A DNA stretch of 64,000 nt from an uncultured Methanosarcinales archaeon (GCA_964438385.1 CAYTKI010000028.1:6521-70520), one strand, 5' to 3'. Counted from the stretch's first letter, positions 46,513-55,873 are shown. Notes: generated by a model from the letters alone, not told the origin. Numbers and translations are program-made.

Positions 46513-47184
46513 TCAAAAATCCTGTTTTCTCGATTCACCCACTTCTCCAGTCCTCTCCACCTCCGCAACCACGCACTTTATCTCCCCATACGAGATATCA
46601 TTAGGCAGTTTCTCCTTGACTTCACCCAGCTTTGGACGTGCTGAAAACCCCTTTCGCGCTTCAACAATCATGTCAATTCTCTCCTGTGAAATGAAAGTAA
46701 GGGGATGAGCAAGGTCATCCTTGACGAGCCTGAAGAGGTGATCGTAGATGGTGGACAAAGCAAACCCCCTGGCATGGGCAATCTCCTGCGGATTCTTGCC
46801 TGATAAGAGGTGGCCAAGGGTAATGCGTTCAGACTCCCCAGCATGCTCTTCCTTTATTGTCCTCTCGTGCCGCAAGGGAATGTCAATTTTCTCCTCAAGC
46901 GCCTTGCGTCCGGCATCGGCCATTTCAAGAATCTCATAGAACGGGCCAAGATCAGGAAGCGCTTTTTTCCAGATAAGCTCCATTTGCAAAAGCTGCTCTA
47001 TGAAATTCTCTATAACATCAATGCTAAGCCAGCACAGGCCGCCAAAACCGCGATCCCCCTCAAGAAAATCTATCTTATGGGAAGCAGATCCTTTGAGGAA
47101 AAGCGCCATCTTATGCTTTCCGATGCGATTGCATGAAACGGCATTCAGTATGACCCTGGCAACCTCTCCTGAGCGTTCCATCAT
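46513..47184 (-). CDS. RecQ C-terminal-like DNA-binding protein (RQC winged helix + HTH_40), no helicase domain
   Basis: VARVILNAVSCNRIGKHKMALFLKGSASHKIDF...GGLCWLSIDVIENFIEQLLQMELI resembles RecQ RQC; C-terminal HTH (EIAHARGFALSTIYDHL); start at MMERSGE with TATA 30 nt upstream. Confidence 0.55.
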   Translation of the reverse strand: MMERSGEVARVILNAVSCNRIGKHKMALFLKGSASHKIDFLEGDRGFGGLCWLSIDVIENFIEQLLQMELIWKKALPDLGPFYEILEMADAGRKALEEKIDIPLRHERTIKEEHAGESERITLGHLLSGKNPQEIAHARGFALSTIYDHLFRLVKDDLAHPLTFISQERIDMIVEARKGFSARPKLGEVKEKLPNDISYGEIKCVVAEVERTGEVGESRKQDF

Positions 47185-47214
47185 CTTTAAACCCCCATAC
47201 TCGCTGATGTGTAT

Positions 47215-47274
47215 TTTGAAAGTATAAAACCTTTGCGCCGCCACTGGACATCCGCCTGCGCATCATATATAAAC
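47215..47274. promoter_or_regulatory. divergent promoter: two opposed TATA boxes flanking CACTGGACAT motif
   Basis: ggttttatac (47221-47230, minus gene), motif 47242-47251, atatataaac (47265-47274, plus gene). Confidence 0.45.
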
Positions 47275-47295
47275 CAGGAAAACAGCCAGATTCCC

Positions 47296-48135
47296 ATGGA
47301 TAAGGACAATGCCCTTGTGGTGTTTGAGGATAGGAAAATACGCAGGATTTGGCACGAAAAAGAGTGGTATTTCTCTGTCATCGATGTTGTGGATGCCCTA
47401 GATGCAAGTAATCTCCCAAAAAGATACTGGTCCGACCTTAAAGTCAAGCTTTCAGAAGAAGGGTTTGAAGCGTACGATAAAATCGTACAGTTGAAATTGC
47501 CAGCAGAGGATGGCAAGCTAAGGGAAACGGACTGCGCAAGCACCAAGAGCATGTTCCGTATCATCCAATCCATCCCCTCCCCCAAGGCAGAGCCCTTCAA
47601 GCAGTGGCTTGCGCAGGTGGGCTACGAGCGTGTCCAGGAGATTGAAAACCCTGAACTCGCCCAAGAGAGGATGATAGGCCTTTACGAGCAAAAAGGATAC
47701 TCAAAGCCGTGGATTGACAAGAGGATAAGGGGCATTGCCGTGCGCCATGAACTCACTGATGAATGGAAGAAGAGAGGGGTTGAAAGCAAGGCCGATTTCT
47801 CCATACTCACTTCAGAGATCTCAAAAGCAAGCTTCGGCATGACTCCCAAAGAATACCGTAAGCTCAAGGGGCTTGATAAAGAAAATCTTCGTGACCACAT
47901 GACTGGTCTTGAACTTATTTTCTCCATGCTTGGCGAAGCCTCTACCTCGGAAATCGAGAAGGCGAAAGATCCCAAAACATTCGATGAGCATAAGATTGTA
48001 TCACAGGAAGGTGGAAGCGTGGCAAAGAGCGCTAGGCTTGATCTGGAGCATAAGACCAAGAGAAAGATCATCTCCAAAGATAATTACCTCAATGAGCCGG
48101 AAAAAGAGAAGCGAAAGAAGCTCCAAAAACAATAA
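47296..48135 (+). CDS. Bro-N domain / DinD-like (DNA-damage-inducible protein D family) protein
   Basis: Start MDKDNALVVFEDRKIRRIWHEKEWYFSVIDVVDAL (Bro-N); conserved FRIIQSIPSPKAEPFKQWLAQVGYERV; basic C-terminal tail. Confidence 0.7.
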   Translation: MDKDNALVVFEDRKIRRIWHEKEWYFSVIDVVDALDASNLPKRYWSDLKVKLSEEGFEAYDKIVQLKLPAEDGKLRETDCASTKSMFRIIQSIPSPKAEPFKQWLAQVGYERVQEIENPELAQERMIGLYEQKGYSKPWIDKRIRGIAVRHELTDEWKKRGVESKADFSILTSEISKASFGMTPKEYRKLKGLDKENLRDHMTGLELIFSMLGEASTSEIEKAKDPKTFDEHKIVSQEGGSVAKSARLDLEHKTKRKIISKDNYLNEPEKEKRKKLQKQ

Positions 48136-48213
48136 CAACCAAGTTTTCTTTGTGTAGCTGATAGCTTATCTCCCAGAAAAACCTTTAAATACACTTCCCC
48201 CAACCAGCAAATC

Positions 48214-49242
48214 ATGGACAATGAAGAGAGATTCAATCTCATCAAGCGCAACACCCAGGAGATTCTCACCGAAGATGAGCTAAGAAAACTCCTCGAAGAG
48301 AAGAAGCATCCCAAGGGATACATCGGATTAGCAACGACAGGAAGAGTCCACATCGGCTACTTTATTCCCATGATGAAGGTCGCTGATTTCCTAAAAGCCG
48401 GCTTTCATTTCAAGATTCTTTTAGCAGACATCCACGCCCATTTGGATGACCAAAAAACCCCATTTGAGCTCCTTGACCATCGGGTGGAGTACTACAAGGA
48501 GGTGATTGAAGCCCTCATCTCTTCATTGGGTGCAGACACCAAGCACCTTGAGTTCGTGAGGGGCTCTGATTTTGAGCTGGAGAAAAAATACACCCTGGAT
48601 ATGTACAAGCTTTCCGCATTGAACACTTTCGATAGGTGCAAGCGCGCAGCAGCAGGAGTTGTCCGCTTCGGTGAAAACCCAAAAGTTTCAGGATTCCTCT
48701 ATCCAATCCTTCAGGCGCTTGATGAACAGTACCTTGATGTGGATGTACAGTTTGGCGGCATTGACCAAAGAAAAATCTTGGCATTCGCAAGAGAAAATCT
48801 GCCAAGATTGGGTTATCGGCCAAGAGTGGAAGTCATGACTCCCATGCTTCCGGGACTCAAGGGATCAAAGATGTCCTCCTCTGATGAAGGATCAAAGATA
48901 GACTTATTGGACTCCCCAGAAATCATAACAAAAAAAATCAACGGAGCTCATTGCCCGGTAGCGGTTGAAGACAACGGCGTCCTGGCGTTTGTGAAGCACG
49001 TCATTATGCAAAATAAAATGGACAAAGGAGAATCAATAGTAATCAAGCGCCATGAGAAGTGGGGCGGAAACATCACTTATAACATCTACGAAAAGCTAGA
49101 AGAGGATTTTCTCGGAAATAAGCTGCACCCGCAGGACATCAAATCAACGGTCGCGCAGGAAGTGAACTCTTATCTTGAACCGATCAGGAAAAAAATGAAG
49201 GGAAAAGAGAAACTCTTGGAGAAGGCGTTTCCTTCCGCATAG
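48214..49242 (+). CDS. tyrS: tyrosyl-tRNA synthetase (archaeal type)
   Basis: HIGY (HIGH-class), KMSSS (KMSKS), strong block similarity to M. jannaschii TyrRS (ENPKVSGFLYPILQALDEQYLDVDVQFGGIDQRKI). Confidence 0.9.
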   Translation: MDNEERFNLIKRNTQEILTEDELRKLLEEKKHPKGYIGLATTGRVHIGYFIPMMKVADFLKAGFHFKILLADIHAHLDDQKTPFELLDHRVEYYKEVIEALISSLGADTKHLEFVRGSDFELEKKYTLDMYKLSALNTFDRCKRAAAGVVRFGENPKVSGFLYPILQALDEQYLDVDVQFGGIDQRKILAFARENLPRLGYRPRVEVMTPMLPGLKGSKMSSSDEGSKIDLLDSPEIITKKINGAHCPVAVEDNGVLAFVKHVIMQNKMDKGESIVIKRHEKWGGNITYNIYEKLEEDFLGNKLHPQDIKSTVAQEVNSYLEPIRKKMKGKEKLLEKAFPSA

Positions 49243-49246
49243 CATA

Positions 49247-49259
49247 GGACACTGGACAT
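49247..49259 (+). promoter_or_regulatory. GGACACTGGACAT motif upstream of TATA (49270-49281) of Bro-N/DinD-like pseudogene
   Basis: Same motif and same spacing to TATA as at 47242-47251. Confidence 0.4.
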
Positions 49260-49301
49260 TCTTACGTGAAATTTATAAGCATGGGTATTTTGCTCTTTTC
49301 T

Positions 49302-50142
49302 ATGGGTAAAGATAATTCTCTAGTAGCGTTTCAAGACAAGAAAATCAGGTGAATTTGGCATAATAGTGAGTGGTATTTCTCAGTTGTCGATGTGGTTGAG
49401 GCACTGACTGATAGTTCTAGTCCCCGACAATATTGGGGGGTCTTGAAGGGTAGGGAAAATCAGTTGTTAACATTTTGTTTACAACTGAAACTACCATCAA
49501 CCGATGGCAAGTCTTACTCAACAGACTGCGCCAACACTAAAAACATGTTCCGTATTATCCAATCCATCCCCTCCCCCAAGGCAGAGCCCTTCAAGCAGTG
49601 GCTTGCTCAGGTTGGCTATGAACGTGTGCTGGAGATTGAAAACCCGGAGATTGCCCAGAACAGGGTCAGGGAATACTATGAGCTCAAAAATTACCCAAAA
49701 GATTGGATAGACAAGCGACTCAGAGGAATGGTCATTAGGCAGGAACTGACTGGTGAGTGGAAAAACAGAGGTGTTACCCAAGAGACAGATTTTGCCATTC
49801 TCACTAACGAAATAAGCAAGGCAACATTCGGCAAGACAGTGCAAGAATACAAACAATTTAAAGGCATCGGGAGGAAGAACCAGAACCTGCGCGATCACAT
49901 GACTGATTGGGAGATTATCTTTACCATGCTTGGAGAGAAAGCCACAACAGACATCACCAAAGCAAGAGATGCCAAGGGGCTTGAGGAAAACAAGCAGACC
50001 GCGCGAAGAGGGGGGGCAGATAGCACACATTGCGAGAAAGGAGATTGAGAAGGAGACGGGAAAGTCAGTGGTTTCAACAATAAATTTTCTCAGCATCACA
50101 GAAAAGAAAGCGCTAAAACTTAAGAAGAAAAACAGCAAGTGA
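49302..50142 (+). pseudogene. disrupted paralog of the Bro-N/DinD-like gene
   Basis: MGKDNSLVAFQDKKIR*IWHNSEWYFSVVDVVEAL: in-frame TGA at 49350-49352; ~60-nt stretch identical to copy 1 (49555-49614 vs 47560-47619); C-terminal tail continues in another frame (frameshift near 49990). Confidence 0.6.
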
Positions 50143-50282
50143 GCAATACGATGAAAAAATCAAAAATCAAGAATAAAAAACCAACTGCCGGAAATATCAT
50201 GAAACTTTTCGGCGCCCTAAAAAGAAAGAGCAAGAAAAAACCCCAACAAATCATGGCTGAAATAGACGAGGGTTATGACTGA

Positions 50283-51479
50283 CTAAGGCCCAATCACTGC
50301 AAGCGCATACGGGCGGGAAAAATATTTTTTCTGCGCCAGAATAATCTCCCTATAGGGGACCTTCCTGATTTTTCTCACATACGCCCCAATCTCCTCAGCA
50401 GTTGAAAGATACTCCATCAGGCACAGCTCATCCGCCCGCTCCTCAGGGCTCTCCTGCTCCAGTACAAAATTTCCCTCAAGGAAAGTCTTGGCATCGGCAA
50501 CTTCCTTTGAAGAAACAGGCCTGCGAAACTCTTCAAGCATCAGCTTCTTTGCACGGTCTGCTTTTTTAGCGTCAGTTGATGCATGCGCCGCGATATAGCC
50601 GATGTCTTTTCCCAAATCAAGCCGAACTCCTACCTCATACGATAGTCCATACCTTGTGCGGATGGCATCAAATACCCTTCCGGATTGCCCCCTGCCAAGG
50701 ACTGCCTCCAAAATATCGAGCGCAAAAGAATCCTTATGGTTTCTCCCGCAGGTCAAAAACCCGAGCACTGTGTATGCGCTCTGCGTCTTTCTATGCTCAC
50801 GGCGCACCCGTGAAAACTGCAAAGTAGGCTCCTGTGGATACTTCTTCACCATGACTTTCCCAAATGGCATGGAGAATGCCTCCTCTATCTTCTGCCTGAT
50901 TTTTGGGACGTTTCCAATCACCCCAACTATCATGTTTTTTGGGACATAATGCGAATGGTAGAAGCGCACAAGCTTCTCCCTATCCATGCTGGACACATCC
51001 TCAACGCTACCATAGGTGGGAAATCTCATCGGATGCCTGCGGAAAAGCGCCCTCTCGAATAGCACCCACTTATAATGCCTCGGCTCATCAAGCACCATGT
51101 GGATTTCCTTCAAAATCACTTTGCGCTCCTTTTCAATCATCTTCTTCGGGAATGTGGAATGGAGCAGCATGTCGGAGAGCACATCAATTGCAGTGTCCGC
51201 GTGCTTTGCAAGCACCTTGATGTGGTACGCGGTAACTTCTGAATTGGTGTAGGCGTTCATCTCACCTCCCAGATCCTCAATTTCTGATGCAATCATCTTG
51301 CTATCCTTCCGTTTTTCAGTTCCTTCAAAAAGCATATGCTCAAAGAAATGAGCGATTCCCCGAATGCCTTTTCCTTCATCATTGGAGCCCACTTTCACCA
51401 GTGCCTGGATCACTAGTGACTTGGAATGGGTGTTCTCATGCACAAGAGTCATTCCATTCCTAAGCTTGTATTTTTTCAT
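50283..51479 (-). CDS. M16 family zinc metallopeptidase (insulinase-like)
   Basis: Inverted zinc motif HFFEHMLFEGT (HxxEH); start set to MKKYKLRNGMTLV. Confidence 0.8.
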   Translation of the reverse strand: MKKYKLRNGMTLVHENTHSKSLVIQALVKVGSNDEGKGIRGIAHFFEHMLFEGTEKRKDSKMIASEIEDLGGEMNAYTNSEVTAYHIKVLAKHADTAIDVLSDMLLHSTFPKKMIEKERKVILKEIHMVLDEPRHYKWVLFERALFRRHPMRFPTYGSVEDVSSMDREKLVRFYHSHYVPKNMIVGVIGNVPKIRQKIEEAFSMPFGKVMVKKYPQEPTLQFSRVRREHRKTQSAYTVLGFLTCGRNHKDSFALDILEAVLGRGQSGRVFDAIRTRYGLSYEVGVRLDLGKDIGYIAAHASTDAKKADRAKKLMLEEFRRPVSSKEVADAKTFLEGNFVLEQESPEERADELCLMEYLSTAEEIGAYVRKIRKVPYREIILAQKKYFSRPYALAVIGP

Positions 51480-52033
51480 GGAATCTTTGATTAAAGGGAT
51501 ATTATTAAGTCTTTCCCATAGAACGCGCCCAATGCGGGGCGCCAAACTATTGCGAGCAGCAGGCGAGCATGATGGGGAGATGATTAAGAGAGATAAAATG
51601 AGGGCAGAATAGTTTTTAAATTCTTAAAACAAAGTTTAATCATATGGATATTCAAGCTTATAAAAGATATGGTTTACCATCTTTTCTTTTTATCCTTACG
51701 ATTTTGCCAATGATTGGTTATGGACAGAATTTAGTTAGCTTAAAAGCCCATATTGATTACCTAGCTTACTATTTTTTATTTGACATTCTCGATATATATT
51801 CCGATTATAGTAGCAGTTTCATTAGAAGTAATTATTGTGTTTTTTTAGTGTTAAAAAAAAGATACATCTCGGTTACATGATTTGGATGATGATGTTTGTT
51901 CTCGTGTATGTTTCTTTAATTTCTCAAAGATTCTTCAATGTAACTATTCCTTTAGTGTGATTACTTATCAAAATCTTAAAAAGAATTCATTAAAACAGAA
52001 AAGGATATAAAACAAAATGCAGCCATCCCCCCC

Positions 52034-53095
52034 ATGCGCCTAAAAGAATTCCAAAACATCCTCTCAGAGCAGAAGATTGGCGCGGCAGTGTTCATAAGCA
52101 TGGGGATGGATTCAAATCCAAACATACTCTATTTCTCGCAATACCCTGGAGTGGGAGCATTAATAATACCAAAAGAGGGCAAGCCATCCTTACTGGTGCC
52201 GAAGATGGAGATGGAGCGGGCAAAGGATTCCTTCATCAGGCGCGTGCTTCCCCTGGAGAAAAAAATGCTCTTTGAAAGCGTCGCAAAAGAGATGGGAAAA
52301 GGCAGAATGACCGTCGGAGTGGATGGGTCTTCCATCACAATGAACATGAAAAATGCCCTGCAGAAAGCGATGAAAAAAATACGGCTCAGGGATATCTCCC
52401 AACAGGCCCTACAGCTCCGCTCAATCAAGACAAAAGCGGAAGTTGGCTATCTTAGGACCTCCTGCGCGCACGCGGATGCCATACTCAAGAAAACGTTCAG
52501 CGAATTCAGCGAATTCAAGACAGAGAGCGATGTGGCATCATTTTTACAATACCAAACCTTCAGGAGGGGATTGGATGTTTCCTTCAAGCCCATTGTCGCA
52601 TCCGGAAAAAACGGCAGCATGCCCCATTATGAGCCAAAAAATACCCCATTGAATAAGGGAATGTGTGTCATCGACTTCGGTGTCAAAAACAAGGGCTATT
52701 GCTCGGATATCACACGGACAATAGGCATCAAAAGCATCAACAAAATAGAAAAAGAAAAATACCAAATGCTTAACTCAGTGCAAAAAAACTCAGTAGCATC
52801 AATAAAAGAAAATACGACTTGCGCAAAAATCTACGGTGATGTCATCAAGGATTTGGGAGAGGACTCGCCGTACTTCACCCACGGCCTTGGGCATGGTGTT
52901 GGCGTTGAGATCCACGAACTGCCAAACCTTACGGCGAATTCAAAGGATACAATTCAAAACAGCATGGTCTTCACTAGTGAGCCAGGAATCTACTACCCTG
53001 GCAAATTCGGCATTAGAATTGAAGACACCCTTCTCTTCCAAAAAAAGCCAATCACGCTGACGACAACCACAAAAGAGCTGCAGATTTTAGGGTGA
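52034..53095 (+). CDS. M24 family Xaa-Pro aminopeptidase/dipeptidase
   Basis: Creatinase/prolidase fold motifs HGLGHGVGVEIHE, metal ligands D..D..H..E..E pattern. Confidence 0.8.
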   Translation: MRLKEFQNILSEQKIGAAVFISMGMDSNPNILYFSQYPGVGALIIPKEGKPSLLVPKMEMERAKDSFIRRVLPLEKKMLFESVAKEMGKGRMTVGVDGSSITMNMKNALQKAMKKIRLRDISQQALQLRSIKTKAEVGYLRTSCAHADAILKKTFSEFSEFKTESDVASFLQYQTFRRGLDVSFKPIVASGKNGSMPHYEPKNTPLNKGMCVIDFGVKNKGYCSDITRTIGIKSINKIEKEKYQMLNSVQKNSVASIKENTTCAKIYGDVIKDLGEDSPYFTHGLGHGVGVEIHELPNLTANSKDTIQNSMVFTSEPGIYYPGKFGIRIEDTLLFQKKPITLTTTTKELQILG

Positions 53096-53099
53096 AACC

Positions 53100-54869
53100 A
53101 TGGCCAGCAAATATGACATGCGAGCATTCGATTCGGCAGTTGCATCATATAAGGACACATTTGCCAAATGGAAGAATAAAAGTGTTCTCATCCTCTTCTC
53201 AAGCCAAGACAAGCCGGCATTCTATTCTCTCGCGCCCTTATCACGCGCGCTGCACGAGCTGAAATGCAGTGTCTATGCAATCGGGACTGGAAAAGAAAGG
53301 GAAGGGCTTGATGCAGTCTTTGACGTGTGGAAATGCTATGTAGATCTCAAAGAGGGTATAAAGAATACAAAAACTGCTGCACTGGAAGGATTCATTAGCG
53401 AGCTGAAGAAGAAAATAAAAAATTGCAGTGAATTGTTTGAGAATCCTCTTGTGCTCGAGGCAAAAAGCGGAAAATTCCAAGGGGATATCTCAGCAAAATA
53501 CAGCACTTCCTGGATGAGTGAATACCGCGCAGCCGATCTTGAGAAGACATCTAAGCTGCTCTGGAAAGAAGTCTATAACATCAAAGATGATGAGCGGGTC
53601 GGCTGCGGCTTCTGCCTCATACTGGAAGATGCCATGCTCGGTCATCCGCTTGAGGACTATCTTGATTCCTACCAGATCGCCTGGGCCATGGCACAATCCT
53701 GCAATGGAAGGATTGCACTATCCGCATACACCTCGCGCGCATCTCAGGTCGAGCCATCTGAAAAAACCTCAGATTTGAGGGCAATGCTACTTGGCTGTGA
53801 ATATGACAAGGAGATTGATGAGCAGCCATTCATCGCATTCAAGAAACTATCAAAAGAGCTGAATTTATCGCGGATAAAGCCGTTGGACGCGAGCTTTTCA
53901 GTTTCAGGAAAAGGTTATCCCGGAAAGCATCGATTTGGGGATGCGTTCGGCTATCCTTCTGCAAACAAGCTGACAAAATGGAAGACTCCGGGACAGATGC
54001 TTTCAAAGTTCGACTTTTATCCTCAGACCAAGGATGAGCCGCGCGATCCGCAGTTAAGGGTTGCATTCACCGAAACCCTTCCCATCGATGTCTTCATCGA
54101 GACAAATCTTGTGGATTGGGATGATATCCGCGCACGGAATCAGAAAATAAAGGAGGTTATGGACAAATGCGACGTCATTTATGTCAAAGGGAAGCTCAAG
54201 GAAAAATACACCACCAATCTTGAAGTTGGATTGGTGAAAAAAGATGGCACCAGGCGCTGGGTGAGGCGCTCAGACACAGATGTCCGTGAGAAACTCAATC
54301 AAGAATACCTTAAGCGCACAGGCATTCGCGCGGGCTGCATGGGAAACATTCCCGGAGGGGAAGCATTCGTTACACCGGAATATGTCAGGGGAATTTTTGT
54401 CGGTGATGTGGTCATAGCAATTGATCAGAGCTATCCCCTCTCCCCAAAGGATCCCTTTGTCGTTGAGTGCATGGGAAACAGCTACAAGGTCCTCTCCGCT
54501 CCAAAGGATGTCCTTAAAAAATTTGAGCAGCGAAAATCGGAATCCTGGGATTTGCTCATGGAAAACAAGAGGAACAAATCCCTTCCGGAGCCAATCATCA
54601 GGATGAAAGAGGAAAACTTCCAAAACATCGGCGAGTTCGCAATCAACACCAACCCGAAAGCGAAGTTATGCGACTATCTTATCGTGAACGAGAAGATAGC
54701 GAAGATGATGCACATTGCCCTTGGCAGCGGCTACGAGGAGGACCGCTCAACCGACTACCACATCGATATCGTTTTTGACGCTCCCAGGCAGAAGCTTGAT
54801 GTCTATGGCACGGGAAAAGACGGCAAAGAGCACTGGATACTTAAAAATGGTGATTTTGTTGCCATATAG
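53100..54869 (+). CDS. M29 (aminopeptidase T/AmpS)-like protein with N-terminal extension
   Basis: C-terminal half shows M29-like blocks (IPGGEAFVTPE, HIALGSGYEE); 589 aa is longer than canonical M29. Confidence 0.55.
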   Translation: MASKYDMRAFDSAVASYKDTFAKWKNKSVLILFSSQDKPAFYSLAPLSRALHELKCSVYAIGTGKEREGLDAVFDVWKCYVDLKEGIKNTKTAALEGFISELKKKIKNCSELFENPLVLEAKSGKFQGDISAKYSTSWMSEYRAADLEKTSKLLWKEVYNIKDDERVGCGFCLILEDAMLGHPLEDYLDSYQIAWAMAQSCNGRIALSAYTSRASQVEPSEKTSDLRAMLLGCEYDKEIDEQPFIAFKKLSKELNLSRIKPLDASFSVSGKGYPGKHRFGDAFGYPSANKLTKWKTPGQMLSKFDFYPQTKDEPRDPQLRVAFTETLPIDVFIETNLVDWDDIRARNQKIKEVMDKCDVIYVKGKLKEKYTTNLEVGLVKKDGTRRWVRRSDTDVREKLNQEYLKRTGIRAGCMGNIPGGEAFVTPEYVRGIFVGDVVIAIDQSYPLSPKDPFVVECMGNSYKVLSAPKDVLKKFEQRKSESWDLLMENKRNKSLPEPIIRMKEENFQNIGEFAINTNPKAKLCDYLIVNEKIAKMMHIALGSGYEEDRSTDYHIDIVFDAPRQKLDVYGTGKDGKEHWILKNGDFVAI

Positions 54870-55830
54870 CGCTGCATCAAAAATCCTTAGGCAGTGCATG
54901 GGCTTAAAGGGTAGTGAAAGCTTTCTTGTGGTCACCGATTATGAGCTACTTCCCCTCGCAGCAGAATTTTTCTTAGCAGCACAGGGGATAACTAAAAAAT
55001 CCCGCCTGGTGACTATCGACATCCCAGACGTCAATGGCATTGAGCCGCATCCGGATATCGCTCGCATGATGAAAAAACACGATGTCTGCCTGCTCATCAC
55101 ATCAAAATCCCTCAGCCACACCAAATCAAGAAATGCAGCATCCAAGGCAGGCGCGCGCATCGCAAGCATGCCAGGGTTAACCATTGGGATGTTTAGGACA
55201 GCCCTGCAAGAAAATCCAAAAAAATTATCATCAATCAACGCCAAGCTCAGAAAATTATTGTCAGGAAAAAAGAGAATCACTATCACCACGAGGAAAGGGA
55301 CTCACATCACCTTTAGCATTGCAGGCATGAAATGGCTCGCAGACAGCGGAATCTACACAAAAAAAGGAGCATTTGGCAATTTGCCCGCAGGAGAAGTCTT
55401 CATCGCGCCACTTGAAGGAACAGCAGAAGGAAAGCTCGCGGTTGATGCGAGCATTGCTGGAATCGGCATCGTGAAAAAGACGATAATGATGGAATTCAAA
55501 AAGGGCATGCTCACCAAAATTTCAGGTGGAGTTATGGCACATCAGCTGGCATCGCAATTAAAGGATGATCGCTACCGAAACGTCGCTGAGCTTGGAATTG
55601 GAACTAACAGCAGGGCGCGTGTCACAGGAAATGTGCTTGAGGATGAGAAAGTCCTTGGTACATTCCATGTGGCTCTTGGAAATAATATTCATTTCGGCGG
55701 CAAGGTTGACGTGCCATTCCACGTCGACTCCGTTCTCAAAAGGCCGACAATAATTGCAGACGGTAAAATGATCATGAAAGAGGGGAAAATATTGAAAAAT
55801 GCTCTCAAATCAGACCTATCAAAAAAATAG
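54847..55830 (+). CDS. M29 family aminopeptidase (AmpS/PepS-like)
   Basis: LPAGEVFIAPLEGTAEGKL, TFHVALGNNIHFGG; start uncertain (overlaps upstream paralog by ~23 nt). Confidence 0.65.
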   Translation: MVILLPYSAASKILRQCMGLKGSESFLVVTDYELLPLAAEFFLAAQGITKKSRLVTIDIPDVNGIEPHPDIARMMKKHDVCLLITSKSLSHTKSRNAASKAGARIASMPGLTIGMFRTALQENPKKLSSINAKLRKLLSGKKRITITTRKGTHITFSIAGMKWLADSGIYTKKGAFGNLPAGEVFIAPLEGTAEGKLAVDASIAGIGIVKKTIMMEFKKGMLTKISGGVMAHQLASQLKDDRYRNVAELGIGTNSRARVTGNVLEDEKVLGTFHVALGNNIHFGGKVDVPFHVDSVLKRPTIIADGKMIMKEGKILKNALKSDLSKK

Positions 55831-55873
55831 CAAAATCCAAACATTTTTATATGCCATTCTATTATCCTCGTCT

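Noticed and set aside
49350-49352. In-frame TGA in the second Bro-N/DinD-like copy as selenocysteine or stop-codon recoding
   Set aside because: No SECIS-like hairpin nearby. The same ORF also needs a frameshift near 49990. TGA clearly terminates other genes in the window, so pseudogenisation is more parsimonious.
51644-51880. 78-aa ORF in the AT-rich M16/M24 spacer
   Set aside because: Composition-driven (Tyr/Phe/Ile/Leu from AT-rich DNA), no start context or motifs; kept only as part of the long-spacer observation.
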